The notes beneath the pieces were generated by a model. It worked only from the letters and a program-made list of their open reading frames with translations, was not told the origin of the DNA and ran no database searches. From assembly GCA_000002435.2 (NCBI GenBank), contig CM018793.1: a DNA stretch of 64,000 nt; one strand, given 5' to 3'. How positions within the stretch are numbered: the first letter of the stretch is position 1; the number at the start of each line of letters is the position of its first letter. The position numbers and the translations under genes are program-made. Source of the stretch: Giardia intestinalis. Its lineage: Eukaryota. Below, piece after piece: positions 7,637-19,400 of the stretch.

Positions 7637-10177
7637 CTAAATGTAACCCTTGGTAACCACGCGATATTCGTCTAACCATTTAGAGGATGCCTTTGCTTTC
7701 TCAGCGTCTGTGGTTTGTCGAGCTTCCTTCACCATAGCAATCTCTGGCGTAAACCTTCTCCGTTGGCGACGATCTGTCTTGCTGACCGGCGGTGGCACAT
7801 CGGGAACCATCACAATGAAGCCCGAATCATCTGTGGGGACAATTATTTTCTGCCCCTTTTCATTGAAGTATTCCTCTCCTCTAAGGATCTTTTTCTTTGC
7901 GTCACGGGTTTCAGGAGCTCTTGGTGGCGCGGGACCATCGCTACTCGTTCTTAGTTCTGCGCGCCACAATTTTGCAACGAGATCAGGGAGAGGCTCTCTC
8001 CTTTCTAGATAGAATGCGTCATCATCTTGCACTATACGCCCGCAGCAGGACTTATTCGCACCAATCGCTGTTGATATCTGATTAATCACAATGCTTGAGG
8101 ACAGCGACTCCATGCTGCCTCCGGGCATCCCGGGTGTTATTCCGTATATCCCAGTGATCATGGTTGTGAACAGTTTGTAATCATTGATCTGAAATAACTC
8201 TAAGATCTTTCCACGGATGTAGCTTTCCTTTTGTCTCCGACTCGGACCGGGGTCGGCACCGCTGCCTCGGGTGCTCCTGGCGTCCGGCGTTTCGAGCGAC
8301 GTGAGCGGTACAAAGCCAGTCGATAGCCTACCATTGCTATATCCTATTGCGTTGACCGTACACGGACCATCTGTTCTGTTTTCAAAGACATCAGTGTACT
8401 CGTTAAATAAGTCCGACAACGCAGCAAGGAGCTCGTTCTTTCTGCTGACGCTATTGATGAGGAACCGCAATAGTGTGTTTGTAAATAGTTTCTTCTCTGC
8501 AAGCCAGTCGCTAGACCGTTTGTAGATACTTATTGCGCGGTTGACTTCCCTGGAGTCGGCATCGATTTGCTTGCGCTCTTCATAAATCTTTTGGATCGTG
8601 GAATTGCTGGTTGTAGGCCCGCCGTGGCTGTTTGTTTCCTCACTGGCTATCTTTGACTGAGTAACAAAAGCTGCCCGCCGAGCCTCCATAGCCTTTACCC
8701 GCAGGTCTGTGTGCCTCTTTTCTTGACGAAGGTAGTCACCAATCACGCGCAATCGAAGAACTTCGCTCAGAAGGGCAGACCGTGCCGGGTCCGGTAGGCA
8801 ATAGACAATGAAGTTTCCAAAGCCTGAGAATGCATCTATATCCACTGTATGAAGTAAGGTCTTTGGAGATTCAGCGTCCTTGGGCAGAGCACTACGAGTT
8901 GGTGAAGGTAACTGAGCGGGCTTTTGCTGGAGGCCCTGAGCCTGTAATTGCCCTAGAAGTGATTGCTGCTGAACGGTTAATTGACTCACTGTCTGCTTAA
9001 GAGTCACTAGGCTCTGTTCGAGGACATTGATCTCAGCGAGCAAACGAGACTGCTCCACCTTCAAATCGGCTATTCTACGCTCATACCCATCTTTATCAGA
9101 CATGAGGCTGTCGTACTTCTGTTTGGCCTGTCGCACTTCATCACCATACATGCTATCAAGTTTCTTCATCTGCCTATCGTGCGCTTCACGGAGCTCTGTC
9201 ACCTTGCGGTCAAACTCCTCTCTCAGTGTTTTATATTCTCTTTTGTACTCCTCATTTAGATCCTGTTTCATCTTCTTGATCCCTTCGCTGTGCTCTTCCC
9301 GAAGTTTTAGAATCTCCTTCGCATGTACTTCACAGAGATCAGTAATTGCGGCTCCATGGGCTTTAGACAGCTCGGCCATTTCTTGCGCATGCTGCTTAGA
9401 TAGCTCAATCATGTCTTTGGCTCCAAAAAGCTGCGATGGCAACTCATTTGCAGTCTCATTGACCGCACTGGGGGAGCTAGCCTCTTGCTTGGGGAGGGAG
9501 CCCATTTGTGCCATCAGAATGCCCTTAATAATATCGGGTTTGCTACCATCCGAATTGGGTATATCTTCTTGGACCGAGTCTCCTTGGACTGAGGGCGCAT
9601 CGCCGACTCTGCCGCTACTGTTGATGCCACTCAGTGGGCTTTGAAACTCTCTGTAGGTTGTTGGGATGATGGACTGATTTGCAGTACTGGGCATGCTACC
9701 CGGTTCCTGGTTGTCTAATGAGCCAGTAAGATTGATGACCGAAAGCTGGGGCAGGGATGATGGCCGCTCGACAGAATCTCTAGGTCCCTGTGAAGAGCCA
9801 GAATTTGAGGACCCGCTCGTAAGGAGCTTCTCTTCTGCAGACTCCTTAGGCAAAGTCATCTTGGTAAATGTTAGCACGTTCGTCTTCTTTGCCCTTCGTG
9901 CCTTCTCCTCCTCAAACTTCTTCTTGTAGAACTCGTCCATCGGATGATCCCAAGTAGGTTCCCGTTTATCCTTATGATAGTAGTAGATATCTCCGTCTGC
10001 TGTACTAGCAACACGCCAGTCTGGGGGCAAGGGCGCCTTCAGACCCTCGCGGGCAATGTATAGAAGATCGTTGTCATCGGGAAGAATAAAGCCAAGCGCT
10101 TGCGCATACTCCTGTATCTCTTCTTCAGTGGGCTCATAGTCATCTTCCGCAACTGGCTCCATGAGCTTGCTGGCCAT
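7637..10177 (-). CDS. CEP164-like protein: N-terminal WW domain plus long coiled-coil (basal-body distal appendage candidate)
   Basis: The N-terminus DYEPTEEEIQEYAQALGFILPDDNDLLYIAREGLKAPLPPDWRVASTADGDIYYYHKDKREPTWDHPMDEFYKKKFEEEKAR closely parallels the CEP164 N-terminal WW region. The central region is heptad-rich (LKVEQSRLLAEINVLEQSLVTLKQTVSQL...). Start moved to MASKL (10177), downstream of aattttaaatcgcgaATG. Confidence 0.6.
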   Translation of the reverse strand: MASKLMEPVAEDDYEPTEEEIQEYAQALGFILPDDNDLLYIAREGLKAPLPPDWRVASTADGDIYYYHKDKREPTWDHPMDEFYKKKFEEEKARRAKKTNVLTFTKMTLPKESAEEKLLTSGSSNSGSSQGPRDSVERPSSLPQLSVINLTGSLDNQEPGSMPSTANQSIIPTTYREFQSPLSGINSSGRVGDAPSVQGDSVQEDIPNSDGSKPDIIKGILMAQMGSLPKQEASSPSAVNETANELPSQLFGAKDMIELSKQHAQEMAELSKAHGAAITDLCEVHAKEILKLREEHSEGIKKMKQDLNEEYKREYKTLREEFDRKVTELREAHDRQMKKLDSMYGDEVRQAKQKYDSLMSDKDGYERRIADLKVEQSRLLAEINVLEQSLVTLKQTVSQLTVQQQSLLGQLQAQGLQQKPAQLPSPTRSALPKDAESPKTLLHTVDIDAFSGFGNFIVYCLPDPARSALLSEVLRLRVIGDYLRQEKRHTDLRVKAMEARRAAFVTQSKIASEETNSHGGPTTSNSTIQKIYEERKQIDADSREVNRAISIYKRSSDWLAEKKLFTNTLLRFLINSVSRKNELLAALSDLFNEYTDVFENRTDGPCTVNAIGYSNGRLSTGFVPLTSLETPDARSTRGSGADPGPSRRQKESYIRGKILELFQINDYKLFTTMITGIYGITPGMPGGSMESLSSSIVINQISTAIGANKSCCGRIVQDDDAFYLERREPLPDLVAKLWRAELRTSSDGPAPPRAPETRDAKKKILRGEEYFNEKGQKIIVPTDDSGFIVMVPDVPPPVSKTDRRQRRRFTPEIAMVKEARQTTDAEKAKASSKWLDEYRVVTKGYI

Positions 10178-10387
10178 TCGCGATTTAAAATTCCGGATTT
10201 TACAGAAAACGTGAGAGAACAAGTCAGGGTACACTAGTGAAGGATTCTGCAATTCTGCACAGGCCTGAAAGGTCTGCATGACTGTGGTTGTCTCAGAAGC
10301 CTTCTTTCCGGGTCAACATCCTGCCCCATCAAAAGAATAATTAATTGCACTTTTCAGGTCTTCAGGGTTGCGGGAAAAAAATATCGC

Positions 10388-10843
10388 ATGCTGATTTACA
10401 AGGACATAATAAACGGGGATGAGCTCCTTAGCGACGCAATCATCACCTCCACCGACGACCTCTTCTACGTCATTAAGGGGAAGATGATAGTTGCCGACGG
10501 CGATGAGGAGGACGAGGACGCAGAAAAGGTTGTCGACGTCGTCTTCCGCTACAATCTTGCGGAGGCAGAGTTTACAAAGAAGACTCTCATGAGCAATCTT
10601 AAGAAGTTTATGAAGGCCATGAGCAAGAACCTCAAGAAGACGAAATCTGAAGAAGAGGTCGCTGCCTGGCAAGAGAAGGTTAACGCCTGGGTTACGGGGC
10701 TCCTGGAGAAGTTCGACGACTATAGCTTCTATCTGGGAGCCTCCAACGATGTAGAATCGGGGATGGTTGTCTTCTGCAAGTGGGACGGCGCAGACCCGTA
10801 CTTCTACTACTGGAAGGACGCCCTCAAGTCCGAGAAGGTCTGA
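10388..10843 (+). CDS. TCTP: Translationally controlled tumour protein (TCTP/fortilin)
   Basis: MLIYKDIINGDELLSDA...IVADGDEEDEDAEKVVDVVFRYNLAEAEFTKKTLMSNLKKFMKAMSKNLKK...FDDYSFYLGASNDVESGMVVFCKWDGADPYFYYWKDALKSEKV has TCTP signatures throughout. Confidence 0.9.
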   Translation: MLIYKDIINGDELLSDAIITSTDDLFYVIKGKMIVADGDEEDEDAEKVVDVVFRYNLAEAEFTKKTLMSNLKKFMKAMSKNLKKTKSEEEVAAWQEKVNAWVTGLLEKFDDYSFYLGASNDVESGMVVFCKWDGADPYFYYWKDALKSEKV

Positions 10844-10892
10844 GCATCTGCGAGTAAACCGGCGCTGGCTGTTTCGCTTTTCTAAATTGTTA

Positions 10893-13097
10893 ATGTCCGC
10901 CATGCCAGATGTTGGTGCCGCTTCGGCTGCACAGGCTTCTGCCAGTGGGAGCCTCAGCGTCTCTATGTCGAGCAAAACGCTTAGTTCAAGCCAACAGCTC
11001 GTTCCACGAGTGCTTTCAGGGGAGTCAGGCCACTCAGATAGCTCTCAGGAGGAGCCAACCTCCGGGCCTCTTTCGCGTAAATCCATGGTTCGCTCACCCA
11101 GTACTCCTGGAAGACTGGGTACACCAACAAGCATCCGTAGAACAGCCAGCAGAAAGTCCAATCACAGAGTTCTACATTCCGCAAAGTCAGGAATTACTCA
11201 ATTCTTCAACGAATCAGAGAGTGCATTTACCACTGGTATTAGCTTTGACATCGCAGCCGTCAAGGGGACAGAGGCAGCAGACTTTCTAGACCCCTCTGTT
11301 GCAATACCTGAGCTGTATGGGATAGACGCCAACTATCTGCCCAAGATCATGAACAACGAGACCGCGCAGCTCACTTCCTATGCCTATGAAGACCACATGT
11401 CGGCAGAAATCATAGACGATGTCTGTGGAATACATCTCTACAAGCAGGCATGTTTTCAAAGAGACGTGCACCCGTCTGCGATAGTCATTGCAGCCATAAG
11501 GCGCAACCCAGTCCACGTTGACCTCACAAACATCTACCTAGGCCCGCTTGGCGCTCAATGCTTCGCTGCAGCAATACACGGTCAGCTTTCAAAGTCTATA
11601 GAAACACTGTCACTCAAGAACTGTAAGATAGGCCCGAGCGGGCTATGCTCTATCGTGCAGGGTCTCTTGAACCTTCCTGATGAGTGCATTATTGACATGC
11701 ATTATGTTCTTCCGGAAAACGAGGAAGCAGACCATCGCCACAGCTTGACCGTGCTTAACCTGGAGGGCAACGGGTTAGCCACTCCAGCCGAGCTATTGGC
11801 AGATGGAACTGGGCTGCCACCTCTAGTTACATCTGATCAGCTCGCTTATTCCAGTTCTGAATATAATAGGATAAAGGAGCTTCAGCGTAAGGAAGAGGGA
11901 CGTGGCCGCGAAAAGCTGGACCTGAGCGCGAAGGTTATGACAGAGCAAGAAAGAAAGGCCAAAGAAGCCGCTCTTCAAAAGGAAAAGAACGCAAAGAAGA
12001 ATGAAGTGATAGATCCGTATTTAGAGATGATTCGAGCCACTGCTCTTTACAACTTTGGATCTAGCGAGCCTAGACCCTTTGCTCCCCCCAAGAAACTTAC
12101 TGAAGAAGAGCTCAAGAAGATGAAGGCTGCTGGACGTGATGTGACAGAGGTTCCTCCAGACCCAACATTCCTCGACAAAGTTCAGTTTCATCGCAAGCTC
12201 TCCAGTCTGCATATTGTACCAGCCTCACAGCTGATCAACGTTATTAAGCACATGCTCAATGGGCTCAGTTTGCTGACTCATTTGGACTTGTCCTCCAATG
12301 AGTTAGACGATTCGTTCCTGCAAAGTGCTTCTAAATATCTATGCGCTCACGGTTCCTTGTCAGAACTTAACATTGCTAACAACCGCATCACAGCGAATGG
12401 GCTTCAAGCGCTCATTACAGAGTTACCCAATTCTATTAATCTGGAGAAGATTGACATGTCGCTCAATCAATTTGGTAGCATCGGAGCATGTGTTTTGGCA
12501 TATGGCCTTTGTAAGGTCATGGCGCGGACGTCCCTTCGTCTCAGTAGCCTATGCTTAAATTGCAACAAGATTGGCGATGAGGCTGGTGCGTTTGTCTTGG
12601 GCTGCTTCATGGGAGGCTGCGTTCTTCCAGAGATAACAAAGTATGGAACTGATGTTGCAAGGGATTTCATGGGAACCCTACCTGCCCCCATCTCCCCGAT
12701 ATGGAGGGCAGGACCCATCAAGCATGTCTCAGGAATAAGCTCTCTTGAGCTAGCAGATTGTGGGCTTGGTCTCTTCTCCTGCCTCCAGCTATGTAAGATT
12801 CTCACCTCTAGTAGTATTAGGATTAAGAGCCTGGACATATCTAAGAACAACCTAAATGATGGAATGGGCTTCTACTCTATTATTAAAGCGCTCACCCAGC
12901 GAAGGAAGTCGTGCCCTGGCGAGGACTGTCATATTGACAAATTTTCAATAAGCAATAAGGTGGTTCTGATGGACGAGGTGCGTAGATTTAGCGATGTTGA
13001 AAAGGAAGATGAGGTGGTTGAATTTAGTCAACTCGCCGAGGAAATTGCGTCAATGAATGGGGGCTACATAAAGGAGTTGACCATTTTGCCCTACTAA
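10893..13097 (+). CDS. Leucine-rich repeat (RNI-like) protein with N-terminal Ser-rich region
   Basis: The C-terminal half has ribonuclease-inhibitor-type LRRs (LDLSSNELDDSFLQSASKYLCAHGSLSELNIANNRITANGLQALITELPNSINLEKIDMSLNQFGSIGAC...LCLNCNKIGDEAGAFVLGC). The track ORF starts inside TCTP at 10767. The start was moved to MSAMPDV (10893), after ttctaaattgttaATG. Confidence 0.5.
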   Translation: MSAMPDVGAASAAQASASGSLSVSMSSKTLSSSQQLVPRVLSGESGHSDSSQEEPTSGPLSRKSMVRSPSTPGRLGTPTSIRRTASRKSNHRVLHSAKSGITQFFNESESAFTTGISFDIAAVKGTEAADFLDPSVAIPELYGIDANYLPKIMNNETAQLTSYAYEDHMSAEIIDDVCGIHLYKQACFQRDVHPSAIVIAAIRRNPVHVDLTNIYLGPLGAQCFAAAIHGQLSKSIETLSLKNCKIGPSGLCSIVQGLLNLPDECIIDMHYVLPENEEADHRHSLTVLNLEGNGLATPAELLADGTGLPPLVTSDQLAYSSSEYNRIKELQRKEEGRGREKLDLSAKVMTEQERKAKEAALQKEKNAKKNEVIDPYLEMIRATALYNFGSSEPRPFAPPKKLTEEELKKMKAAGRDVTEVPPDPTFLDKVQFHRKLSSLHIVPASQLINVIKHMLNGLSLLTHLDLSSNELDDSFLQSASKYLCAHGSLSELNIANNRITANGLQALITELPNSINLEKIDMSLNQFGSIGACVLAYGLCKVMARTSLRLSSLCLNCNKIGDEAGAFVLGCFMGGCVLPEITKYGTDVARDFMGTLPAPISPIWRAGPIKHVSGISSLELADCGLGLFSCLQLCKILTSSSIRIKSLDISKNNLNDGMGFYSIIKALTQRRKSCPGEDCHIDKFSISNKVVLMDEVRRFSDVEKEDEVVEFSQLAEEIASMNGGYIKELTILPY

Positions 13098-13159
13098 TAT
13101 CTCTGAAGTTGCCGCCTTGCTTTAATTATTTTAAAAAATGGCTCCCCAATTTAATTGCA

Positions 13160-16100
13160 ATGCCAGCCAGGCATTCTAAAGTAGGCAAGAACAGAAAGGA
13201 TGAGTACTATCGGCTGGCCAGGGAGGCTGGGTACCGTTCTCGTGCGGCATATAAATTGATTCAGCTCGATGCGCAGTACGGTTTTCTTAGTAGCACCAAG
13301 TGTCTTATCGATCTCTGTGCCGCCCCAGGCAGCTGGTCGCAGGTTGCTGCTATGAAGATGCCTGTTGGTAGCCTCATTGTCTCTGTTGATTTAGACCCCA
13401 TCAAGCCTATCAATGGTGTCGTTTCCTTCTGTTCTGACATTACAACCGCTGCATGCCGCAACGCACTAACTGAGAAACTGAAGGGGTGGGCTGTTGATAC
13501 TGTCATCCACGATGGAGCGCCGAACATGGGGACAGCATGGGGTGTTGACGCCTTCGGGCAGAATACACTTGTTCTTGCTGCTTGCAAGCTAGCAACAGAA
13601 TTTCTGCGCATGCACGGCACCTTCATCACCAAGATTTTTCGAAGTGCAGACCACGATGCCCTCCTGTATGTGTTGCGCCAGCTCTTTGAGAAAGTAGAGA
13701 TTACAAAGCCAAGGGCGTCCCGCGATAATTCTTCCGAATGCTTTGCTGTTTGCTTACGCTATAAAAATCCCAAGGAGATTGATGGACGCTTTTTTGACCC
13801 TAACCATGTCTTTAAAAATTACACCGGCATACAGCAGCAATCCGACAAGGAAAGCATGTACAATGCTGCCCTCCGCTCATCCAGCAAAACCAGTTCGTCT
13901 CTCAAGCAGTTGGCGGAGGACCTTAGCCACACCGCAAGGCACAGGACCGGCTACTCTGATGAGCGTGGGGGTGGCCTTTACATGCAGATACCTGTGTTGG
14001 ATTTCCTTATGCATCCGTCTCCAATAACGTTACTCGCTAAGTATTCCGTGATTTCCTTTGATAAGGATGTCAAGGGGAATCCAAAGTTTCAGCACCTCTA
14101 TGGAGACATTAAAAGGGGAGAACAAGTGAAGGACCCGAGCATTAAGTTTAACCACCGCGTGGTGGATACTTGGGATGAATATACGCGGCTGCAACACGAG
14201 GTTATGGCGCACGTGGCAACCACAGATGAAATCAAGTACTGCTGCCAAGACGTCCGGAATATGAATAATAAGGACTTTAGAAAACTTCTCAAGTGGCGTG
14301 AGAAGGTTATAGCTCACATTTGTGAGATAACCGTTCCTGTGGAAATCCCGAAGAGCGCCCCGACTCTTGAGCAGCTTGAGGCGCTTCCGGCATACTCTAG
14401 CGACGAGTTTCTCCAGTTGACACCTGAACAGCAAGCACACCTACAGGAGCAATACCTGCAGCGTGAGAAGCTGCGGAAAGAGCGTCGTGAACTGCAGCGA
14501 GCTGAGCGAAAGATGGCCAAAGATCAGGCACGACAGCTTAAAAGCAAGTCACAGGTAGATGACCTTGCAGAGACGGCTGATTCTGTAACTCTCAGAAAGC
14601 TCTTCACAATGGAAAAGTATCAGGTTGTCTGCAAGGCCCTCCGACTCTTTGATTCTCGCCTTCTTCTTTCGGCACTACAGTCTGTCAATTCAGAAGAAGC
14701 AAAGGCAGATCTTTTTCAGAATATCAGTGATGAGGAAAAGGAGGAGGCTCTTAAGCGTATGGAGCAGATTGCTAGGGGCGGAGAAGGAGAGTTCGACGAG
14801 GTTTCGCTAACTCTTCTGAGGCGTGCAGGTGCCATTCTGAAGAGAGGTGACGGCGAGGCGGAATTGATACCTGGGCTTGAAGAAGCGATTCAGCGTTCTG
14901 ATGCAACTAGTGTTCTCTCAGCTCTGCAGAAAAACCGTGATCTAAAGCTGAAAGAGGGACCAGGCTCTGATACAGAAACCAGTAGCGATGATTCGGATGA
15001 GGACCCAGAGGCCGCTCGGGAGAGGTACTTAGCGTATGTAGATAGTAATGCGGACTACTGGTATGATCAAATGCTCAAAAAAAGGGATGAGCTTGAACGA
15101 AGAATGCGTGAAAAGGAAGAAACATATCGTAAGGCGAAGGGAATCGTCCTCGATGAAGATATCAATGCGAAGAGGGTAGATGATGAGAACCTTGCAGGCA
15201 AATCCGAGTTAGCGGAGCGATGGTATTCTAATGAAGCCTTTTCAGAGCAGCCTGGTATCGATAGACTGCATAACATCAACGGACCCGAGGCACAGGATGC
15301 CGGTACTGCAGACGATGAGTACTGGAATAGCTTCCCGCTTCCTCGTGATTACCTGGACAAGACCGCAGCGCACAACAAGCGCATAAAAGAGATTGCAAAG
15401 CAGCAGAGGGAAGAGGCATACAGGCAGGCCAAGCTGGCCAAGCTCAGCAGAGAGGTAGACGCAGAAAACAGTGTGTTTCCTGGTCTCAAGCAGCAGATCC
15501 AACTACTCCCAGTTCACGAGGTAGAGGAGGGCCAGTCTCCGGACGAGCAGCTAACGTCAGGGAGCCAACAGAAGCCTGGTTCAAACAAGCATGTAGTAGG
15601 CATCAAGACAGAAGCGGCACGGTTAGGGTACTCAGCAGATCGTGTAACTATTACCAGTGGTGACGTAGGTGACACAGGAGACGTACATACCAGTGGGTCA
15701 GACACAGATCTCAGCGAGGAAACGTCGGACGACATGTTCGTAGGTGACAAAAAGGAAAAGGACACAGCTCTTCTCAAGGATCCACACAACCAGGCCCTGA
15801 AGCTTGCACTCGTGCAGAAGATGACGACCAAAAAGGGGAAGGAGGCGATTATACATTCCTCAATTAATCGCTTCTCTTTCTATCGTGATGAAGACCCGCG
15901 TACACTCCCCCGCTGGTTTGTCGATGATGAAGAGCGGAATTGCAAGCCAGAAGTGCCGCTCACTGCAGAAGAGATACAGCTTCAGAGAGCACGCGTTGAG
16001 GCTCTCAACGCCAGGCCAATCAAGAAAGTCCGGGAGGCCCTTGCTAGAAAGCGCATGCGGGCTTACTCGCGCCTGAAGCAATTGACCACCAAGGCGGACA

Positions 16101-16414
16101 CACTGGCTGCACGAACCGACATCAGCGAGCGAGAAAAGGTGACCATATTAGAAAAGGCTGCTGCAAAGATGCACAGGCGAGAATCTAAGACGAAGAAGCG
16201 TGTCATTTTAAGTAACCGCAACAAGGTTGGTGCGCTATCTAGCGCGGGCCGTCGCGACAAGCGGGGAGTTAAGCACATCGATCGGCGAATGAAGAAGGAT
16301 CTCCGAAAGGGCCACGCATTCGAGGGCGGAGTTGGCAAAAAAGCAATGAAGAAGCAGGGTCTCGTCAATGCAGCCTTAGGCAAATTTAAGGCGAAGCAGA
16401 AAAAGCGGCATTGA
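13160..16414 (+). CDS. SPB1: Spb1/FtsJ3-type pre-rRNA 2'-O-ribose methyltransferase
   Basis: MPARHSKVGKNRKDEYYRLAREAGYRSRAAYKLIQLDAQYGFLSSTKCLIDLCAAPGSWSQVAA...VDTVIHDGAPN...FITKIFRSAD is the FtsJ SAM-MTase domain. Acidic and basic low-complexity middle. C-terminal Spb1_C-like segment (SFYRDEDPRTLPRWFVDDEERN). The track start (TTG 13109) is replaced by the first ATG after aatttaattgcaATG. Confidence 0.85.
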   Translation: MPARHSKVGKNRKDEYYRLAREAGYRSRAAYKLIQLDAQYGFLSSTKCLIDLCAAPGSWSQVAAMKMPVGSLIVSVDLDPIKPINGVVSFCSDITTAACRNALTEKLKGWAVDTVIHDGAPNMGTAWGVDAFGQNTLVLAACKLATEFLRMHGTFITKIFRSADHDALLYVLRQLFEKVEITKPRASRDNSSECFAVCLRYKNPKEIDGRFFDPNHVFKNYTGIQQQSDKESMYNAALRSSSKTSSSLKQLAEDLSHTARHRTGYSDERGGGLYMQIPVLDFLMHPSPITLLAKYSVISFDKDVKGNPKFQHLYGDIKRGEQVKDPSIKFNHRVVDTWDEYTRLQHEVMAHVATTDEIKYCCQDVRNMNNKDFRKLLKWREKVIAHICEITVPVEIPKSAPTLEQLEALPAYSSDEFLQLTPEQQAHLQEQYLQREKLRKERRELQRAERKMAKDQARQLKSKSQVDDLAETADSVTLRKLFTMEKYQVVCKALRLFDSRLLLSALQSVNSEEAKADLFQNISDEEKEEALKRMEQIARGGEGEFDEVSLTLLRRAGAILKRGDGEAELIPGLEEAIQRSDATSVLSALQKNRDLKLKEGPGSDTETSSDDSDEDPEAARERYLAYVDSNADYWYDQMLKKRDELERRMREKEETYRKAKGIVLDEDINAKRVDDENLAGKSELAERWYSNEAFSEQPGIDRLHNINGPEAQDAGTADDEYWNSFPLPRDYLDKTAAHNKRIKEIAKQQREEAYRQAKLAKLSREVDAENSVFPGLKQQIQLLPVHEVEEGQSPDEQLTSGSQQKPGSNKHVVGIKTEAARLGYSADRVTITSGDVGDTGDVHTSGSDTDLSEETSDDMFVGDKKEKDTALLKDPHNQALKLALVQKMTTKKGKEAIIHSSINRFSFYRDEDPRTLPRWFVDDEERNCKPEVPLTAEEIQLQRARVEALNARPIKKVREALARKRMRAYSRLKQLTTKADTLAARTDISEREKVTILEKAAAKMHRRESKTKKRVILSNRNKVGALSSAGRRDKRGVKHIDRRMKKDLRKGHAFEGGVGKKAMKKQGLVNAALGKFKAKQKKRH

Positions 16415-16453
16415 TTGCTTGCAGAGTAAATCGTTCTGTAGCTGAAATAAAAA

Positions 16454-19400
16454 ATGCTCGGCTTTCAGCCGTCAGGTTGCTCCTTAGAAGACCAGCAAGT
16501 GTACGACAGGTGTAGTCAATATCTTTCTAAGCTGCTAGATTTCGGGACGGTCTTCACAACTCAGGAGTTTTCCGAGTTAGCTCTTTCAATAAGTAGGAGT
16601 GACTTGACGATCATTCTTTCAAAAGATTCACCCTTACTTGTGCATGCACTCAAGTACGTAAGGCTTGTATTAATGTACCACAAGATACACGTTAACATGA
16701 CGTTTTTGCTAGCCAGAATGCTTTCTCTAATCAGCTCTTTGAAAGGCACCCCAGAGCAATATGTGACTGCCCTAGATCTTACCATTGATAACCTGTATTT
16801 ACTGTTGGTGTCTTCCGAGTCGAGGGACCAACTTGTCAATTCACGCTCATTCATAGATCGCTGTGATGCCGCTACAACGGAGAATCCGTCGATCTTTGGT
16901 GTTACTGTCGATCCGTATCAGATAGTTTCGGATTTTGTAACGTTTATCAAAGAGACGGAGTACTTTACGAGCACATCTGTTAGAAACCTTGCTTTCAAAG
17001 CAGCTAACTTTTTGCTTTCCTACATTGTTGCCCCATACTTCGACCATGAAGCATCGGAGCGTGCCCGTGTAAAGGTGGGGTCATGCCGCTATGTGACCTC
17101 CCGGGCCCACGAAGCCGAAAATCACTTGTACTTAATGTCGTTTCTATTCACTGCTATGCAGGGTTCACGACTAGTCACCCACCTCGTTTACCAAATTCTG
17201 TCATATACCCCTGTTGTAGGTCTCTACAATGACGCGCTGCCACACCCATCTAGAGGGAGTTCATATGGCAAACTTGGGCTTTTGGGCCAAGAGTATCGTG
17301 CGCCAATGAATGGAGGGTCCTACACTGATAGCCACGTTGCTGGGTGTCCCATCCCACCTCGGGTGCCTACAATTCCAGCCCCCAGCAATCAAACCCAGCC
17401 AATCAGATCCTCGCAAGTATCCAGCACCGCTCCAGATGCACTCAAGCTTCCACAGTTCTATTTGCAGATGTCAAGCAGGTCTTCTAGAACGCACAATTGC
17501 ACGAGTGCACATATACCGCCTGTGACAGTTAAGAATCTAGTGTTTTATCCCTTTCTGTCTTGCTTTACAGAATGCTTTGTTTTTTGTAGTAGCTGCCAGA
17601 GCAGGCTTTTACCAACAGCCTACAAAGACAAGTCAGAGGCTAATGTTCAGGCATCTCGTGAACGAATATTCACATGCGACCGTTGCTACTCCAGCTCTCT
17701 TCTTGAACAGCTCTTTACAGGTCTCCTGAAAGCGCTGGAGCTCAATTCTTCCCGGGGTAAGGAAGTTATTAGCTACAATGACATTATAGCCCTTTTTGGG
17801 TACATCTTCGTCTGTCATCAAGCTCTCTTAACATACACGCGATCTAAGATGCTTCTGGGCACAAGTTGTCGCCAAATTCATCTTAACTTGCGCCACAAAC
17901 TTCTTCAAACCCGAAGGCTTGCCACCTCTCTTGATGAATCTTTCTCGATTGGGGGCTTTTATAAGTCTGAGGGTGCTGCCTATGCCAGAATCCACAAGCT
18001 TAAATCAGCCATTGAGAACGAATACACATCTGTTTCTGTTCCCTTGTCAACAGATTTTCCATTCCCTTCCCCGTTTTCTTTGTTGGCAAGCACAGAGTGT
18101 ACATGCAACAAGGCCCGGTCCCTCCAACCGCAGAAGATCATCATAAATAGCACCCAGGAGATGCTTATGGATGCTGGTCACCTTCTCCTCAAGAAGCCCA
18201 TTCTGTCTAATAACACTTTTTGCGCAAACCGGTTTGTTGCTGATGTACCAGTGTGGGAGCCTAATCCCCTCTGGTCTGAATGCGATCCTTTTGAACTGTC
18301 CCTCACTACCATTCTCCTTGGGCTCACCAAGGGAAAATTCCTACTGTACCTTATTCAGCATATGAATAGCTTTGTCTGTGAGCTTGAAAAAAAAGTTACA
18401 ATCCGTGACCTTCCCTGCCAGAAGGTCGAAACGCACTATGCGCGAACTATTTATCACTACTCGATGTTCTTAGGCTGTTTGCTAGATTTCTACTTTAGTT
18501 ATAACTTCTCAAAAGTTATCAACATGTTGATTTCTACGACTACCGCAGAAAGAACACCCACACCATCCAGTAATGAGCTCAGCGCGCATCACCAAATCAC
18601 CATCTCTAAAGAATGCATAGACTCCATTACTTCTACCCTCTCTGCAGCTCTTGAGATAGCGAAGGCATTGGAGAGGGACCTGTTCTGCTGTGAAGCAACA
18701 GAGGAGGTCTATTGTCCTGAACTGCAGGATGACTATTGGATCTTGGAGATAACAGCACCTGCTAGACTATACATTACAACCAGGATGCAGCCGGTGTGTG
18801 ACGGTGTTACTATCACAGATAACTATAAGGGTTTGCTGACTAAGCTAGTCACAAAGCATACTGATACTACCCTAGTTTCTTCAAGAAGCGTTCTCTGTGA
18901 CTTGTTGATAGAATCAGCCACGAAGATGTTCGCTACGTTGACGAAGAAAGCATTTCCAATTCTCTCCACCATCCAAGATGCTGCTGAGCTTGACTATATG
19001 ATTAACTCCCATTTGAATGCAGACCCTGGCTCACAGAATGGCACAGGTATGGGCGCAGCCTCAATGAACGAGTCCCTTAGTCACACGCTGATCACAGGCT
19101 CTGGGTTCAATGGTTTGATTAAGGCAGAGGTGGGCGAGCAGACTGTGTCTACGTCGCGGCTATTGGGGAGTGGTGCCATTGCCACACAATCTGGGTATAA
19201 CAATGTAGACTTTGACCAGCACTTATACCAAAAGATGCGCTATGACTACTCCAGGAGTTGGAAGGATATCGTTATGAGATTTCGCATGACCATGGTGCAA
19301 TGTATTTCGACCGGCCAGAGCTACAATCCTCCATCGAGTGCAGGGATAGATTGCAATATTCTAAAGAAGAGCATCATTGGACCCCCTGGTACACATCCCT

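Noticed and set aside
9027-9644. 205-aa + strand Ser/Cys/Leu-rich ORF
   Set aside because: It is antisense to the coiled-coil region of the CEP164-like gene, with low-complexity composition derived from the complementary purine-rich codons.
10313-10975. 220-aa minus-strand ORF antisense to TCTP and the start of the LRR gene
   Set aside because: It is fully embedded opposite a well-supported highly conserved gene (TCTP). It starts with an alternative codon and has no motif, so it is a typical mirror-frame artefact.
13261-13632. 123-aa minus-strand ORF inside the Spb1 methyltransferase domain
   Set aside because: It is antisense to the most conserved part of a confidently identified gene.
17827-17840. 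GTATGTTAAG on the minus strand (reverse complement of cttaacatacacg) resembling a splice donor
   Set aside because: It lies antisense inside the uninterrupted 2032-aa ORF, with no truncated minus-strand coding region ending there. It is a chance heptamer.
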